A DNA stretch of 64,000 nt from Saccostrea cucullata (Eukaryota): positions 1 through 64,000 of the forward strand of contig NW_026924382.1 of assembly GCF_032062105.1 (NCBI RefSeq). The letters run 5' to 3'. Both the position numbers and the translations under genes were made by a program. Shown here piece after piece: positions 40,197 through 54,538 of this stretch (within the stretch, counting starts at the first letter, position 1; the number at the start of each line of letters is the position of its first letter). A model generated the notes under the pieces. It did not search any database and had not been told where the DNA came from. It saw only the letters and a program-made list of their open reading frames with translations.

Positions 40197-40770
40197 TTAA
40201 TGACATACCAATTTAATTCGATCGTTTTAGAAAATATAATAAAGCGCTGCCTTTTATATCAGAATATCACATTTTCATATTAAATATCTAGAATATTTGA
40301 TGTTATCAAAAATGAAATGTATTAAATATGCATTTCAAACGAAAAATACCTGACAGTTCATTAAATTAAATTAAAATAAAAAGTAATTCTGCAACAAACT
40401 ATCTTCTTCAAGACAATTTCAATGCTAGCTTTATGGTCCCATGCTGATTATTCCTTGTGTATATTTATTAATCGTTTACACGTCATTCTACTAAATTAAA
40501 AGGCTACAGAAGGTCTTCAGTTTAATTATTATTTTAAACAAAATGTATAAATACAAATGATTTTTTATGAATTATAGATTATGACGATTAAAAGAACATT
40601 TATGAAAAATGCTATGACAAAGATAGCGGATACTCCTACCTGACGTGACTGATATCAGTGTGTATGGTGGCCTGTCATGGCAATAACGTACATCATAAAG
40701 GAAATATACTTTCCTTGCAAGATAATACTATTATTGTTATTGTAAGCTAGCAGCGCCAATGAATTCAAAG

Positions 40771-41225
40771 TATGTTATTCTATTTCGTAAGCTTTTGAGC
40801 AAAGTTTTGCCAGAACGTTTACCTCCAAATTTATTTATAACAGTTTATTTTTATATTTGATTTTAACAACACGAAAAATCCAAGTTATACCCTGTTCAAT
40901 TTTATAACTGTTAACAGTGGTTGTGGTTTTCTTAAGGTTGAAAAGGAATTTCATCAAATCAGTATCTTTTTTCCGAAAAGAAATATGTGTTTCTATGTTA
41001 TTCTATTTCGTAAGCTTTTGAGCAAAGTTTTGTCAGAACGTTTACCTCCTAATGCATCTATAACAATTTATTTTTATATAACATTTGAATTTAAAAACAT
41101 GAAAAACAAGTTATACCCTGTTCAATTTTACAACTGTTAACAGTGGTTGTGGTTCTCTTAAGGTTAAAAGATAATGATAAGGAATGTCATCAAATCATTA
41201 TCTTTATTCCGAAAAAAAATATGTG
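40771..41225. repeat. Local 223-bp tandem duplication upstream of B'
   Basis: tatgttattctatttcgtaagcttttgagc occurs at 40771 and 40994; only one copy upstream of B (about 26269). Confidence 0.85.
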
Positions 41226-41573
41226 TTTAAAAATCAAATCCTCCGAATATATATCTATACTCACTGATTGTGTTAAATTTTGAATACATCAATTATTGTA
41301 AAAGTACAGTTCATGTATGTTAAAATCTCACATAAAGATATTTAGGGACAAAATGAAAACCATCTATCCTTTTGTGTTCAATAATTCATAACTACTGGGT
41401 TGTAAATTTGGATTCATATCAAAGACAACAAGCATACCAGAAAGTGTTAATAAAGATTCCATACAATCTGTTTTCAAATCATTTTTAAAGAAAACTGAAT
41501 CAGTAAAATGGTCAGTTTCAACACCTTTTTTAAATAAAATAACGTAAAACAAAATTGGACTTCGTTATTTTGG

Positions 41574-44500
41574 CTAACATTGCATTCTTGTACATCGCAA
41601 TAAAGTGCAATTCGTATTAAGATATTAAGCTTTAGTAATTCTCAGGTAAATGAAGAATTTACTCATCAGTAAAAGAAGTGTCCATGTCCATGATTTCTCC
41701 TGGATGTTTTCCCAAACCAGTTGTTCGATAAAGAAAGATATAGTAGTGCATCTGTATTTTTTTATTGTTAATTTTGAAACGATTAAAAGAGTACAAATAT
41801 TTAAAATTGTGAGTAAAAAATAAACCCCTATTCAGTCTTTTGTTTTTAATTTTCTTTTTCAGAATATATGAAATTTTAAAAAAAACTGTTGATTTTTCAA
41901 TTTGAGTTTAATTGATTTGGAATTATTTTTTTTTCTTTTTGATTGACATTGCATTCTAGTCCATTGTAATAAGTGACATTTAATTCTCATTAAGATGAGC
42001 AGGATTAATTCTCTTGAAAATAAAATAAAATATTTTAGAAAATGTTAATATAAAAAAAAAAAAAAAAACAATCCCATCAAGTCTGTTCTTTAAAGATTTT
42101 CTTTTCGTTTTCGCATAGCTTGGATTTTCAATCATATTTTGAATTCAATTTCAAAACATATGAACCAAGTTTATTTTGAATGGTCAATTTGCAAGGCATT
42201 ACAATGTGTTGCATTGTATTGCAGCAGAGTGCAGTATCCTTCCATGAGACTTTTATTTAAACAAGCACAATTTTCCTTGTCAATGTATTGGAAATACTCT
42301 CCCACCATCCACCCTCAGCCGACAGCTTCTATATACATTTTCCCCTTGCCACTTATTTCAAGTTGTGAAATTTGCATAATGTAAGTTTGTTACAAAGTTC
42401 GATAATTCAAATTATGGCCCTTTGAACAACGTAGATAAAACTATCTTCTCTGCTTTATATTATGCAAATGTCCAGTAACTGCTTACAGGCAGCAACTTTG
42501 TAAACTATATAAAACTTCAGAGAGCCATTTCCAGAGTGATCAAATGTTAACGTTATAGTGACACGGTAATGTCACATGTAAAGTTTGCTTTTAGTGTGAG
42601 TTTATCTCATTAAACAAGTACTGCTACGTTTGGTTGTTCTACGTTGTTAATAATTTGCCAAACAAGAAATTCATTTGTTTTTCGCTGTTTTGCATGTTTA
42701 TTTAAAAGGAAAATTAATTAGCTTGCAATTAAAAGAACTGCACTAGTACTCACACACCAAATTTCCTCTGGATGTTTCGCGTATATCCTATCAGTTTTAT
42801 CCACCGGGTATAAAAAAAATCAGCAAAACTAACTGTTGAATTGATGAGAACTCAGTCCCAGATTAAATTCTGTTATCCTCCTTGATGGATATTTGCATCA
42901 TTCTCAAAATTTCTAATCATCGTCAAACACTAGGATTCTATATCTAACATTGCATTCTTGTACAGTGCATTAAAGTGCAATTCGTTTTAAGATAAGTTAT
43001 TAAAATAGGAATTCTCAGGTAAAGAAATTAACTCATCTGTCAAAGAAGAGTGTTCATTTCCCCAGGATGTTTTCGCATAAACAAACTAGTTGTTTGATAA
43101 AAAAAAACGTAATGCATAATTTTATCGAAAAGTCTTTCGATAAAAATTTTTATTGTTAATTTTTTTAAAATACGCATAAAAAAGTACCTATATTTTAAAA
43201 AAGAGTACCAATATTTGAAAATTGTGAATTAAAAATAATTCCCTCTTCAGTTTTCTTTTTTTATTTTCTTTTTCAGAATACATGAAATGAAAAATGTGTT
43301 GATTTTTCTATTCTAATTGAATTGGACTTATTTTTCGTTTTGATTGAGATATTGCATTCTTGTCCAGTGTAACAAGTGCCATTTAATTCTCAGTAAGATA
43401 AGCAGGATTAATTTTCTTGAAAATAAAAAAAATCCACTCATCAGTCAAAGACAAAAGTTTTCGTTTTGCTTGAATTTGTTGCGCATACTAATACTTGTCA
43501 GTTGATAAAAATCATCAATACGTAACTTTGTCACAGTCTTTCGACACAATCACTGATACTTAATTTTGATTCCTATCAATGAGAACAAATATTTAAGAAA
43601 ATGTGAATCTAAAAAAACTATCCCATCAAATCCGTTCTTTGAAAACTTTTTTTAAAAAAAAGTGTGGATTATCAATCATATTTTGAAATCATTTAGAAGA
43701 CAAATTAACCAATTTCATTTTGAATGGTCAATTTGCAAGGCATTTCACATGTTACAATGTGTTTCATTGAATTGCAGCAGAGTGCAGTATCCTTCCATGA
43801 TACTATTATTTAAACAAGCACAATTTTCCTTGTCAATGTATTGAAAATACTTCCCCACCACCCACCCTCCGCAGGCAGCCTCTACATACATTTTTCCCTT
43901 GCCACTTATTTCAAGTTGTGAAATTTGCATAATCTAAGTTTGTTACAAAGTTCGATAACTCAAATTATGGCCCTTTGAACAACGTAGATAAAACGATCTT
44001 TGCTCTCTGCTTTATATTATGCAAATGTCCAGTAACTGCTTACAGGCGGCAAGTTTGTAAACTATATAAGACTTCAGAGAGTCATTTTCAGAGTGTTCAA
44101 GTGTTAACGTTAGAATGACTTACCGTAATGTCACATGTAAAGTTTGGTTTTAGTGTGAGTATATCTCACGAAACAAGTATTGCTACAATAAAAGCAGTAT
44201 TGAAAAGTGCGTTTGATTGTTCTACGTTGTAAATCGGCGTTTCGTTTGACTGAGTCTCAATATCTCTATTCATTTGCCAAACAAGAAATTTCATTTGTTT
44301 TTCACTGTTTCCACACCCCAACATGTGCACAAAGCAACAAAATGTAACTGTATTTTAAAGTGTTTTGTCGATATTATCGATTGCTAATGCAGATTATAAA
44401 GTAAGAGAACAACCCCGTTAATTTTATCATATATATTATTTTAAATAAATGTAGGACTAGATATTAAAATGAGTACGTTTTCAACTTATTTTTTATAAAC

Positions 44501-47450
44501 TCACACTTGAATTAATATTGACCAAGTATGTTTAGAATAGACAACTCCAATATACGCCAAATTTCCTCTGGATATTTCGCGTATATCCTATCAGTTTTAT
44601 ATACCCGGTATTAAAAAATCAGCAAAAGTAACAGTTGTTTTGATGAGAACTCAGCTCCAGATTAAATTCCGTTATCCTCCTTGGTGGATATTTGCATCAT
44701 TCTCAAAATTTCTAATCATCGACAAGCACTAGAATTCTATATCTAACATTGCATTCTTGTACAGCGCATTAAAGTGCAATTCGTATTAAGATAAGTTATT
44801 AAAATAGGAATTCTCGGGTAAAGAAATTAACTCATCTGTCAAAGAAGAGTTTTCATTTCTCCTGGATGTTTTCGCTTAAACAAGCTAGTTGTTTGATATA
44901 ATTAAAAAAAGTAAGGCATAACTTTATCGAAAAGTCTTTCGATAAAAATTGTCATTGTTAATTTTAATACGTATAAATGAGTACCAATATTAAAAAGAGT
45001 ACCAATATTTAAAAATTGTGAATTAAGAATAATTCCCTATTCAGTCTTAATTTTTTTATTTTCTTTTTCAGAATATATGAAATTAAAAATGTGTTGATTT
45101 TTCTATTTTATTTTAATTGAATTGGACTTAATTTTTTTTTTCGTTTTGATTGACATATTGCATTCTTGTCCATTGTAATCAGTGCCATTTAATTCTCAGT
45201 CAGATATGGAAGATTAATTCTCTTGAAAATAAGAAAAAAATCCACTCATCAGTCAAAGACAACTTTTCTTTTTGTTTGGATTTGTTGCGCATACCAGAAC
45301 TTGAATTGTCAGTTGATAAAAATTATCAATACGTAACTTTGTCAAAGTCTTTCGACACAATCACCAATACTTAATTTTGATTCCTATCAACGAGAACAAA
45401 TATTTAAGAAATTGTGAATCTAAAAAAAAACTATCCCATCAAATCTGTTCTTTGAAAACTTGTTTTTCATATAGTGTGGATTATCAATCATATTTTGAAT
45501 TCATTTACAAGACAAATTAACCAATTTGCAAGGCATTACAATGTGTTGCATTGTATTGCATAAAAATGCAATTCCTTAAAGACACTTTTATTTAAAGAAA
45601 TGTTCATTTCTCCATCCACTTTTTTCAGGCAGCCTCTAAACAAACATTTTTCCCTTGATATTTCAAGTTGTGAAATTTGCATAGATAAGTTTGTTACAAA
45701 GTTGAAACAAATTATGGCCCTTTGAACAACAAAGGTAAAAAAATCCTTGCTCTCTGCTTTATATTATGCAAATGTCACAAGGTAACTGACCTTGGTGTCA
45801 AGTTTGTAACCTATATAAGACTTGGAGAATCATATCAAATATAAAGTGATATCTCTCAAGCTTCAAAAGTGATGGCACGTTCAAAGTTAGGAAAAAGCTG
45901 AGTTTTTAGCAAATAGGTCACAGTCAATAAAAGGTCATTGAGCGCGTTTGATTGTTCTACATTGTAATCGGCGTTTCGTTTGATTGAGTTTCAAAATCTC
46001 TATTCATTAGCCAAACAAGAAATTTCAATTGTTTTTCCACTGTTTTACATAAAAGTTATGGAGAACAAAATGTAACTCTAACACAGATTTTGACAGATAT
46101 TAACTGCTAATCAGATACAAAGTTAGAGAACAACTCAGTTAATTTTATCTAATATTTATGAATAAACGTAGGCAGAACACAAAATATGAAAATGAGTACA
46201 TTTTCATTTTCATAAACATGATAAAATCACACCTGAGTTAATATTGACCAAGTACATTGTACGTTTCGAATATACAATACATGTACCTCAAGCAGTACAT
46301 TGCAATGCACTGAATTGACATGCTTATTTAACCGGGAATTTGTTAGATTACCAAAACTTGCATTGTCCTTGATAAAAATCATCAACATCGTAACTTTGTC
46401 AAAGTGTAAGGCACAATTATTTAAATTAATTTTTTTAGAAATGAAAACATTTATATTTAAGAAAGTTTTAATCCAAAAACACCCATAAATCTTTTCTAAG
46501 CAAAACTTGTTTTTCAAAATCATATGTGGATTATCAATATATTTAAATTATTACAACATCTTAAACGATTTTTAATTAATATATCTCGTATATTAATGGA
46601 TTCCAAAACTTCATAAAAAACCTTACAAAGATACATACATATAAAGCGGGTTCCAGTTATTGTTTACGTCGGCCTCTTCTTTAACTTCTCGCTATAATAT
46701 TAACAGTAGTGAAGGAGAAACTTCAAGAGAACTGTGCAACAATATATTTGAGAAGTGGTGTTAATCAGACGAGATACCAAAAAATTCCAAGGAAATTTTG
46801 AAACATATGAAATCACAAAATCTTACCAAAATCAACAAAATAAAAACTTTATTACAAAGTTAATTTATATACAAATTATGCCCTTTGAAAATTAAAGTCC
46901 ATGCTTTTGCTATTGAAAGCTGCTTTTATTATGCAAAAAAAAAAATGGAATTTGTAAATTTATATAAGGCTTTGTCATTGGTCATTTGCAGGACTGATTA
47001 AGTGTTAAACCAAAGTTGTATACACAATGTTACAAGTAAAGATTGCTTTGAAAAGATGTTTACTTTCTGACTAAACAATATCTATAATATAAGCAGTCTT
47101 TGAAAATATTTTGATTGTTCTGCATTGTAAATCGGCGTTTTGTTTGATTGAGTCTCGAAATCTCTATTCATTTGCCAAACAAGAAATTCCATTTGTTTTT
47201 CACTGTTTTGCATACCCCAACAAGTGCACAAAGCAACAAAACGCAACTTTATTATGAAGTACTTTGTCAATATTCCATTGTTAATTCAGATACAAAGTAA
47301 AAAAGCTAATCCGTTAATTTTATCTGAAAATTATAAATTCAATGCACTACAGTGTAGTTATGTTTATTGAAAATTAATTAGCTTGCAATTGAAAGAACTC
47401 CACTCACACCAAATTTCAACTGGATGTTTCGCATATACCCAATCAGTTTT
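41574..47450. repeat. Degenerate tandem array of about 4 units of 1.2-1.8 kb, non-coding
   Basis: Anchors ctaacattgcattcttgtaca at about 41574, 42944, 44743 and aattatg(g)ccctttgaa at about 42411, 43963, 45711, 46874. Confidence 0.8.
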
Positions 47451-48157
47451 AGGGGGCATAAAATATGAAAATCATATAACAGTTGATTGGATACCAAAAA
47501 GAAGCTATTAAAGAAATTCAAGAAAAATGAACCAGGAGAGCACAAAATTGTAACTGAAATGATATTTAACAAATTAACTAGACATTCAGAGAAAGACAAC
47601 AAACAAAAAATTACTAATACTAACATGTACATAAAGATTTTACTGGTATAACTAAAGGTAAAAATTTTCACATATATAGAGATGTATGTTTTTTTTATAT
47701 TTTTGTTTTAATTGCTATCTTTAAAAATACCAAGAAATCTCAAACACATCACACACCTTTTTGGAGGTAATTTAATTTATAAAACATATAAATTTAATAA
47801 GTACAGAAAAAATTGTTATAACATGTAACAGGCATGAGACAATATACTGGTATATTGATTAGTAAGGAAGTTTTTTTTGGCACTTAATATAGAATGGAGG
47901 TACATGTAAATTACTGATTTTAAAAATGCATTTATAAGTCAATACCTGTATTTCAAATAAATCAGAACTCATACTCATGGTAAATAAAGAAGAAATGAAG
48001 AAAAGTCATCCATGTACAGTTTATACAACAATGAATTGTCAGCCTCAGATATTTGACTTTGTAAATGCTGTAATTACCCGGTGATACACAGTTAACAATT
48101 CTGAAAGAATCACACATGGCACATTTTTTTTTGTGAAAAGAAATGTTGGTATGTTTT

Positions 48158-51100
48158 CTACATAAGCCAGGTTCCAATGAGTTTCTCTATGTTAGCCCTT
48201 GCCTGTACTAGTTGTGGTGGGTCATTGCTGGCAGCAGGGTACATGTTAGCACAGTGGGCTGTTCCTGTAAATGTAAATAAATTCCATGTCATATTTAAAA
48301 AAAAAAAAAAATTTCTTTTTAATCAAATTCCATGCTCGGTGCTTCAACATCAAAATTTGATATACTTTGGCTGCACTCTAATACAGCGCTATGGTATTCA
48401 ATTTTGTTAAAGTATATTCTTACTAAAAATTCCTAATTTTCAAAATATGTTATTAATTCAAAACAAACTTTTGAGAGTATTACTTTTCAGATTTTCACTG
48501 ACAGATCAAACATATGATTCAAGCTCCATAACACAGATATTAATTCTGACCTTGGCCTATGAAAATAAAGAGAAACCAACACCAAGCTAAATAGCAATCT
48601 GCATATTCTTCAATTTCACAAGCCACGAGTTAACCACTTCACTCAGGAGGAGTGGAGCAGATCGTAAACCCTTGGCAAGCAAAGATGCAAAATCAGGGAT
48701 AATTTGAAATAGACTAGTGAGCTACTACATGTACATTGCATACATTTCTTGGAAATGGAAACAAAATCTTAACAAAATTTCTAACCTTGGATGAAAATTG
48801 CTGGAGATTCTTTGGATAAATCCTTGGTAAATCCAAGGAAGTGCCAGGGATCAATAGATCCATTGGGAAACACAATCCTGGAGGCTCTCATCCCCATTCC
48901 CCCATAATCTGTATTGGTTCTGTTTATTCCTTGTTGTATTAGATTCTGGTTAAATTTGGGTCCAAAGATGTCAATACATTGTTGTATAGAGAAGCTGTAA
49001 AAATAATGTAACTTTTAGAGACCTTATTTTTGCTGCAGAAAATAGATAAAAATGCTAAGAAATAAAATAGCTATCTTTTTGTTAGCTATATCCACCTACT
49101 CATATAATCATTTAATATGAATAAAAAAACATTCCATTGCTCACAAGTAGAAATAAAAATGTTAGATAAATTCTTTCTTTTCAGAACAATATTGTGGATT
49201 ATCTGGTAATCCAAGGGCATTTTTTTACAACATAGAAAATGGAAACTTAATTTTAAATATTAAAAGAATATACATGAAAAGGAAAAAGAAAGTGTAGAAA
49301 GGTGGAATTGAAACTGATTTTACTGATTACTTCAGATATTAAAACCACTAGTAAATGCTCAAAAAATAGGAAAAGTACAAGTATGTCTTTTTTTCTAGGA
49401 TATCTGAATATTAAAATACAAACACATTGTACATAATTACATATAATGTATAATCATGTACATTTAAAACTGTCTCTCCCACTGGAAAAAACTTACTTGA
49501 CATCAAAAAAGTTTCCGAATGGCTGTGAATCTCCAAGGTCTGATGACTGGAAGAATCCAAACTCTGTACAAGTCTGGTACATCCATTGTCTACCTGTAAG
49601 CAAGAAACATTGTACATGTAGTTACACACTAAACTTGGATAAACTTTTTTTAATTTAGAACCATTGTTGTTTGTAATTTCAAAACATTAAAATTCTCCAT
49701 GCATTAATTAATTTGAATATCATATCAACATATTTTTTTTTTATAAAACACATTTGTTTTTTTAAAATAATATAAGCATTTTCATTACGTTTGTGAAGCG
49801 AAAGGGGATGAAATCACCCCCACCCCCAAAGTCATGAATGGCTCTTAATTCCATCTTAAAAAACATTAAAAATAAAGCAACTTTACCTCCCTCTGATGCA
49901 CTAGCATTCCATGACACACTCTGTAACTGTTTAATCATACTGTTATAGCTGTTATCTAGACATTTCTGTGAGTACGTAGACAACATCAGGTCATTGACCT
50001 TGGCGTATCTCTCTAGAGGGGACCCTGTGCTCTCATCTGTCATGATGCCACAAATAGTGTCTATTGTTATATTAGTTCCAATGGCACCCTGATGAAAAAC
50101 GATTGTTAGATATATGATTATAATTAATACAGAAATAAAATTTACTTTTTAGCATTTTACTTCTTTAAATATACTGTAGATCACTAAATTTTTGCAACAC
50201 CTTTTTTTCACGAGATAGTCATTGATTCTTGATAAGCGAGGCAAAATTTTCTGGAATTGTGGTAATTGCTCTATATAATCTTAAAAAATACTATTATATG
50301 CAAGAATTGAATTTTCACAAGCACATTGTCTAGCGTAATTACCCGAAAATAAAGTTCTCACAAATAAAAAGAGATTTACAGTAATACAGGTACGGTTTTA
50401 CCATTCTGAAGAATAGAATTCCAAAAATTCACGGAATTTTACATGATATATTATTTTCAAAATATGCAAATTAATATTTTTCTCTAATTATACAATGCTG
50501 ATCCTATCTCAAACTAAAATATCCTGTATATTCCTCCTACATGCAATAAAGCTTAGTACCTCAAATGCCCTGTTATCTTTATTGTATTGCACCACACCCT
50601 CAAAATTCCCTGCCAAGTTGGAAAATAGATTTGCACCATCAAGATATGTTGAAGTATCCAAAGGATCACATACTCTTAAATTATAAAAAAAAATGATTAC
50701 ATGTTACATTCTTTGCTATACACAAAGAAATATTTTTATTGAACTGAGAATAGACTTAAGTCAAAAATTTTGATTCTGAATAACTTAAAGTTTAGTTAAC
50801 AGATATTCTCAAAATTATGCAGTTATGTATAATATTCAAATTCCAACAAATACTGCAGATTTAGTATCATTATCATTTTTTTTTTCAAAAGTTATATTGA
50901 TTTAAAATTTGACTTAAGTCTATTCTGAGTTCATGGTCATGAGAATAGGCCTGTAACATGTATAAGAAACAAAAAAAAAGGAAAAGATTTGAAGGCCTGA
51001 GAATTAAACCATTACTTCAAATAATTTCTATTTCTGGACCTTGTTGAACCTTTGAGTCTTACTTAAACATCTTTTCCACATTTTTCTTCCCTTCATCAGT

Positions 51101-54100
51101 CTTTAGCATATCTGTGATGGCATCAGTAGCCATTTTAATGTTTTTATTGCAACCCTGTCCTGCGGTTGCTAAGGAACTAACAACAACTTGTAAATACTCT
51201 GAAAATAGAACAAAAGTGTATATGTGTATCCTGTCCACACCATTTTTAAAAAGTTACTGTAGTACAAGTGTAGCTCCAAGATTTTCAGAAAGTATGTGAA
51301 TTTAGGAATTAATTTTGAAGTACAATTTCCTAGATAGTTTGGACTTTTGATTGGTAGCGATATGCCTACACAGTAAAGCATGCGTATAACCAAATGTTAA
51401 GGACAGTTGACTTTCCTTCATTATAAGCATAATTCTTTATGTTCAGTAAGTTTACAATATATACCTTAAGTCATTGTGAATGAATGTACATAATTGATTC
51501 ATAGTAGCACATTTCTACTTCCTATCTTGGTTAACTTTTCTGAAAACATGAATTCATAGAAGGATTTAAAAGTCCTGAATAATTCATAAAATATTAAGTG
51601 GGAAGGTACTTATTCTAAATAGCATGATCAGTTAACCTTTAAAATTTAGTTTGGCCACAATGGGTGCACTGGTGGCCACCGCACCATCTACCAGGTGGGG
51701 GTACTTAAGTCTGAACCAGGCCGACAGGGAACCTGAAATGATAATCAAAAAGATGTTAAATAAGCCGAGATTAATTCAACTAACAGATGGTAAGCAACAG
51801 TTCATTTTCATCCTTTTGGTTTATAAGAATTTACATTTCACCTGAACTGAATAGGAATTTTTCTGCTTTGCTTTATTCACTGTTAGTATATTGCAGTTAT
51901 AAAGCATGAAATGTCCCAACCTATTTTATACATTATAAAATATAACCCGGGTGCAGTGTAGCTATATGTTTTAAATTCATTAATTATTCCTCACTATTAT
52001 TTATTTAAATAAATAAATAGATTACCTGGGTATGAGCCTCCAAAGGTTATAAGTTTCTGTTTATCTGACAATAACTTGTATTTTTGTTTGACATACTGGA
52101 TGAAGTAGGCCAAGTCAGCAAGAGCCTGTTCACTGCTCAGAAACTGCAAATTATCCACACTCAAGTCACTACAAAATCCAGTACTTATAAGATACAGCCA
52201 AAGTAGAAAAAGTATAGAATGAATTCAATGTCTCAACCACAAACATAAAAATCTAATCTTTATGAGGGTAAATACAGAAACTTTATTATTAATTATTATC
52301 ATTATTTGGAAAAAAAATTCATAAAAGTGAAAGTTTTATCTGAGATTTCATAAGAAATAATTTAAATGTCTTAAAAGAAATTACGATGTAGGGTGGCTTT
52401 TTCCATAAAATCTATGCTCAAGCAGAAAACAGATGGCTTTATAAGTCTTGGCATATTCTATCCAGGCTCCCTGCAGCATCCACGCTGGATTGGCTGTACC
52501 CTCTCCTCCAATCATTACAAAGATTGGACCTCCGGGTCTATAGAAAGTGTCATTGACAAAATATCTCTGAAAAAGATGTTTGGGAGAATTATCAAATATG
52601 CAAAATGTATCTGTAAGATATTATCCATATCATACAAGTTGCGATAACAATAAATCAATTTTTTTTTCATTTTAATTCTCTTGGATGTGGATGGTTGAAC
52701 AAACCATCCGAAAAACATCATGAGCATAAAAGATACTTTTTGACACAAAAGCCAATGTTTCAAATTTTTTATTACTATATATTTTCAAATTTTTCTAAAA
52801 AATTTAAAAACTCTGAAAATTTATGTTTTGTAATTTTTGAGAGATTTTTCTCTGATGAATGAAAAAAAATTGGACTAGCTGGTGTCAAAACCTCTGGTAA
52901 ATAGATTTTTGTCCAGAATGTGAAATGGTATCAACAATTAAATCTAAGAAGATATGAAAAATTATAAGTTCTAGATAAGGTACCATTGGTTGTCATAATG
53001 GTTTATTAGGTTAATCCTGATTAGAAGGAGATATTTGAGGAATGATAACATACACCCTATATACAATTGTATGCTACAAAAGTTTTTTATTTTCATAAAG
53101 GTTGATTTAAATTATCCTTTTCAAATTTTTAAAAAGAAAAAAAAAAACCAAATATTGCGGTCATCATCATGTTAGACATATTCGAACTTTAAGAGAGATC
53201 AACTGAAAAAAAAATAACTACTGGTGACTTTCTAAAATCGACTTTTGTTCATTAATTTTTCTTTCCCTAATCTCAGCGAGATCGGTAGAGACTGAAAATT
53301 TTGTCATAATGGTTTATTATATATATAGACCGTTTGAGGACACTGATAACATACACCCTATATACAATTGTATGCTACTTAAGTTTTCTCAAATTCATTC
53401 AAGTTTGATCTAAATTATCTCATTGTTAAAAATTAAAAAAAAAAATATTGTGGTCATCATTAACATGTTAGACATATTCAAACTTTAACTTAGTCAATCA
53501 TCTTTTCAAATTTAAACTGTTGCAACTTTCTAAAATCGACAATTGTTCATTAACTTTTCTGCCCGCCTAATTTCCTTTGAACATCCCTTAAAGTGTCTAT
53601 CACTATAAAACTTTCCTTTCTTACCAGACCAAAAAAAAAAATGTTTAAATCCAGTAAAATATAAAGTTGTTTATTTTTAAAAAATTATACCCAAAATATA
53701 TTGTTTGGTATATTTTTTTAAACCTTCGCTGCTGAATAATTCATACTATAGATCATTTTATAAGAAATAGTTTTATTGAATTATATATTGGAAACAGATT
53801 ATTGTGGAACTCTTTAGCAGCGAAGGTTTAAATGAATAGCAAACAGCCTTATTACTTATATTTACATTTGTGAAAAATATTCATACTTTATATTTTATTG
53901 GATTTAAACATTTGAAATGCATTATTTTTCAAAACCAAAGTTTTAATGAAAGAACGCGCGTTGAACCTTTAGGGATGTTCAAAGGAAAAAGTTGAACGTT
54001 TATCCGGAACATCTACAACCTCTTAACCCCGTACCTGTATTTATACAGTTATAAAAACGCTTGCTTTCAGTAATGTTATATTTAAATGAAAACATTTGCA

Positions 54101-54491
54101 AATGTATATATAGAAAAATAAGTAACGTCAGGTGCCTGTGTCTCTAGTCTAGCCCAGTCTACCTGGTACTGATCTAGCTGAGATTATTCTCTTCCGTGTG
54201 AGTGAAAGGTACATTTTTGTTTGTTTTTTTAAGTAGATTAAAAATAAAAAAATCACTTAGTGGTAGTCAAACCTGTTGCCATGTTCTTGTATCTGCATCG
54301 TTGAAATGCGTTAATCTTTGTGTCATCCACATATCCGGGGGTAGAACAGACCCCTGGAGCAATTTAGGAGCTCCAAGCATTCCATGTCTTGGTCGCCCAC
54401 GGAGAAACCTCGGGAGACACGAAACAATACTCAAATTCACAAAAATCAGTACAAGATTCAAGATCAACACTGTTCGTATGGAGGCCGCCAT
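48158..54491 (-). CDS. Peptidase S28 family serine carboxypeptidase (thymus-specific serine protease PRSS16 / K12H4.7-like), 501 aa
   Basis: Exons 54491-54273, 52566-52385, 52168-52026, 51732-51637, 51198-51063, 50674-50560, 50088-49887, 49593-49497, 48994-48786, 48264-48158 total 1506 nt. Signal peptide, [22 protein letters not shown] (Ser), QTCTEFG, NGSIDPW (Asp), GTAHC (His). Confidence 0.93.
50174..50381. mobile_element. TA-flanked MITE
   Basis: ta|ctgtagatcac...gagatttacag|ta. Confidence 0.6.
53571..53988. mobile_element. Foldback-type element (long imperfect palindrome) in intron 1 of the S28 gene
   Basis: Nested inverted arms: tttcctttgaacatccct/agggatgttcaaaggaaa, atgtttaaatccagtaaaatataaagt/actttatattttattggatttaaacat, tttaaaccttcgctgct/agcagcgaaggtttaaa. 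Confidence 0.75.
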
Positions 54492-54510
54492 TTTGTCTTG
54501 TGAGACTTGA

Positions 54511-54538
54511 TCACATGATCCCACTTTAAATCACGTGA
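54511..54538. promoter_or_regulatory. Two CLEAR/M-box-like E-boxes (TCACATGA, TCACGTGA) 20-47 bp upstream of the S28 ATG
   Basis: Motifs at 54511-54518 and 54531-54538, 20 bp apart, match the TFEB/MITF consensus. Confidence 0.6.

Noticed and set aside
42139-43930. Similar short ORFs in the tandem array as a peptide gene family
   Set aside because: Stops and indels differ between units; no consistent frame or splice pattern.
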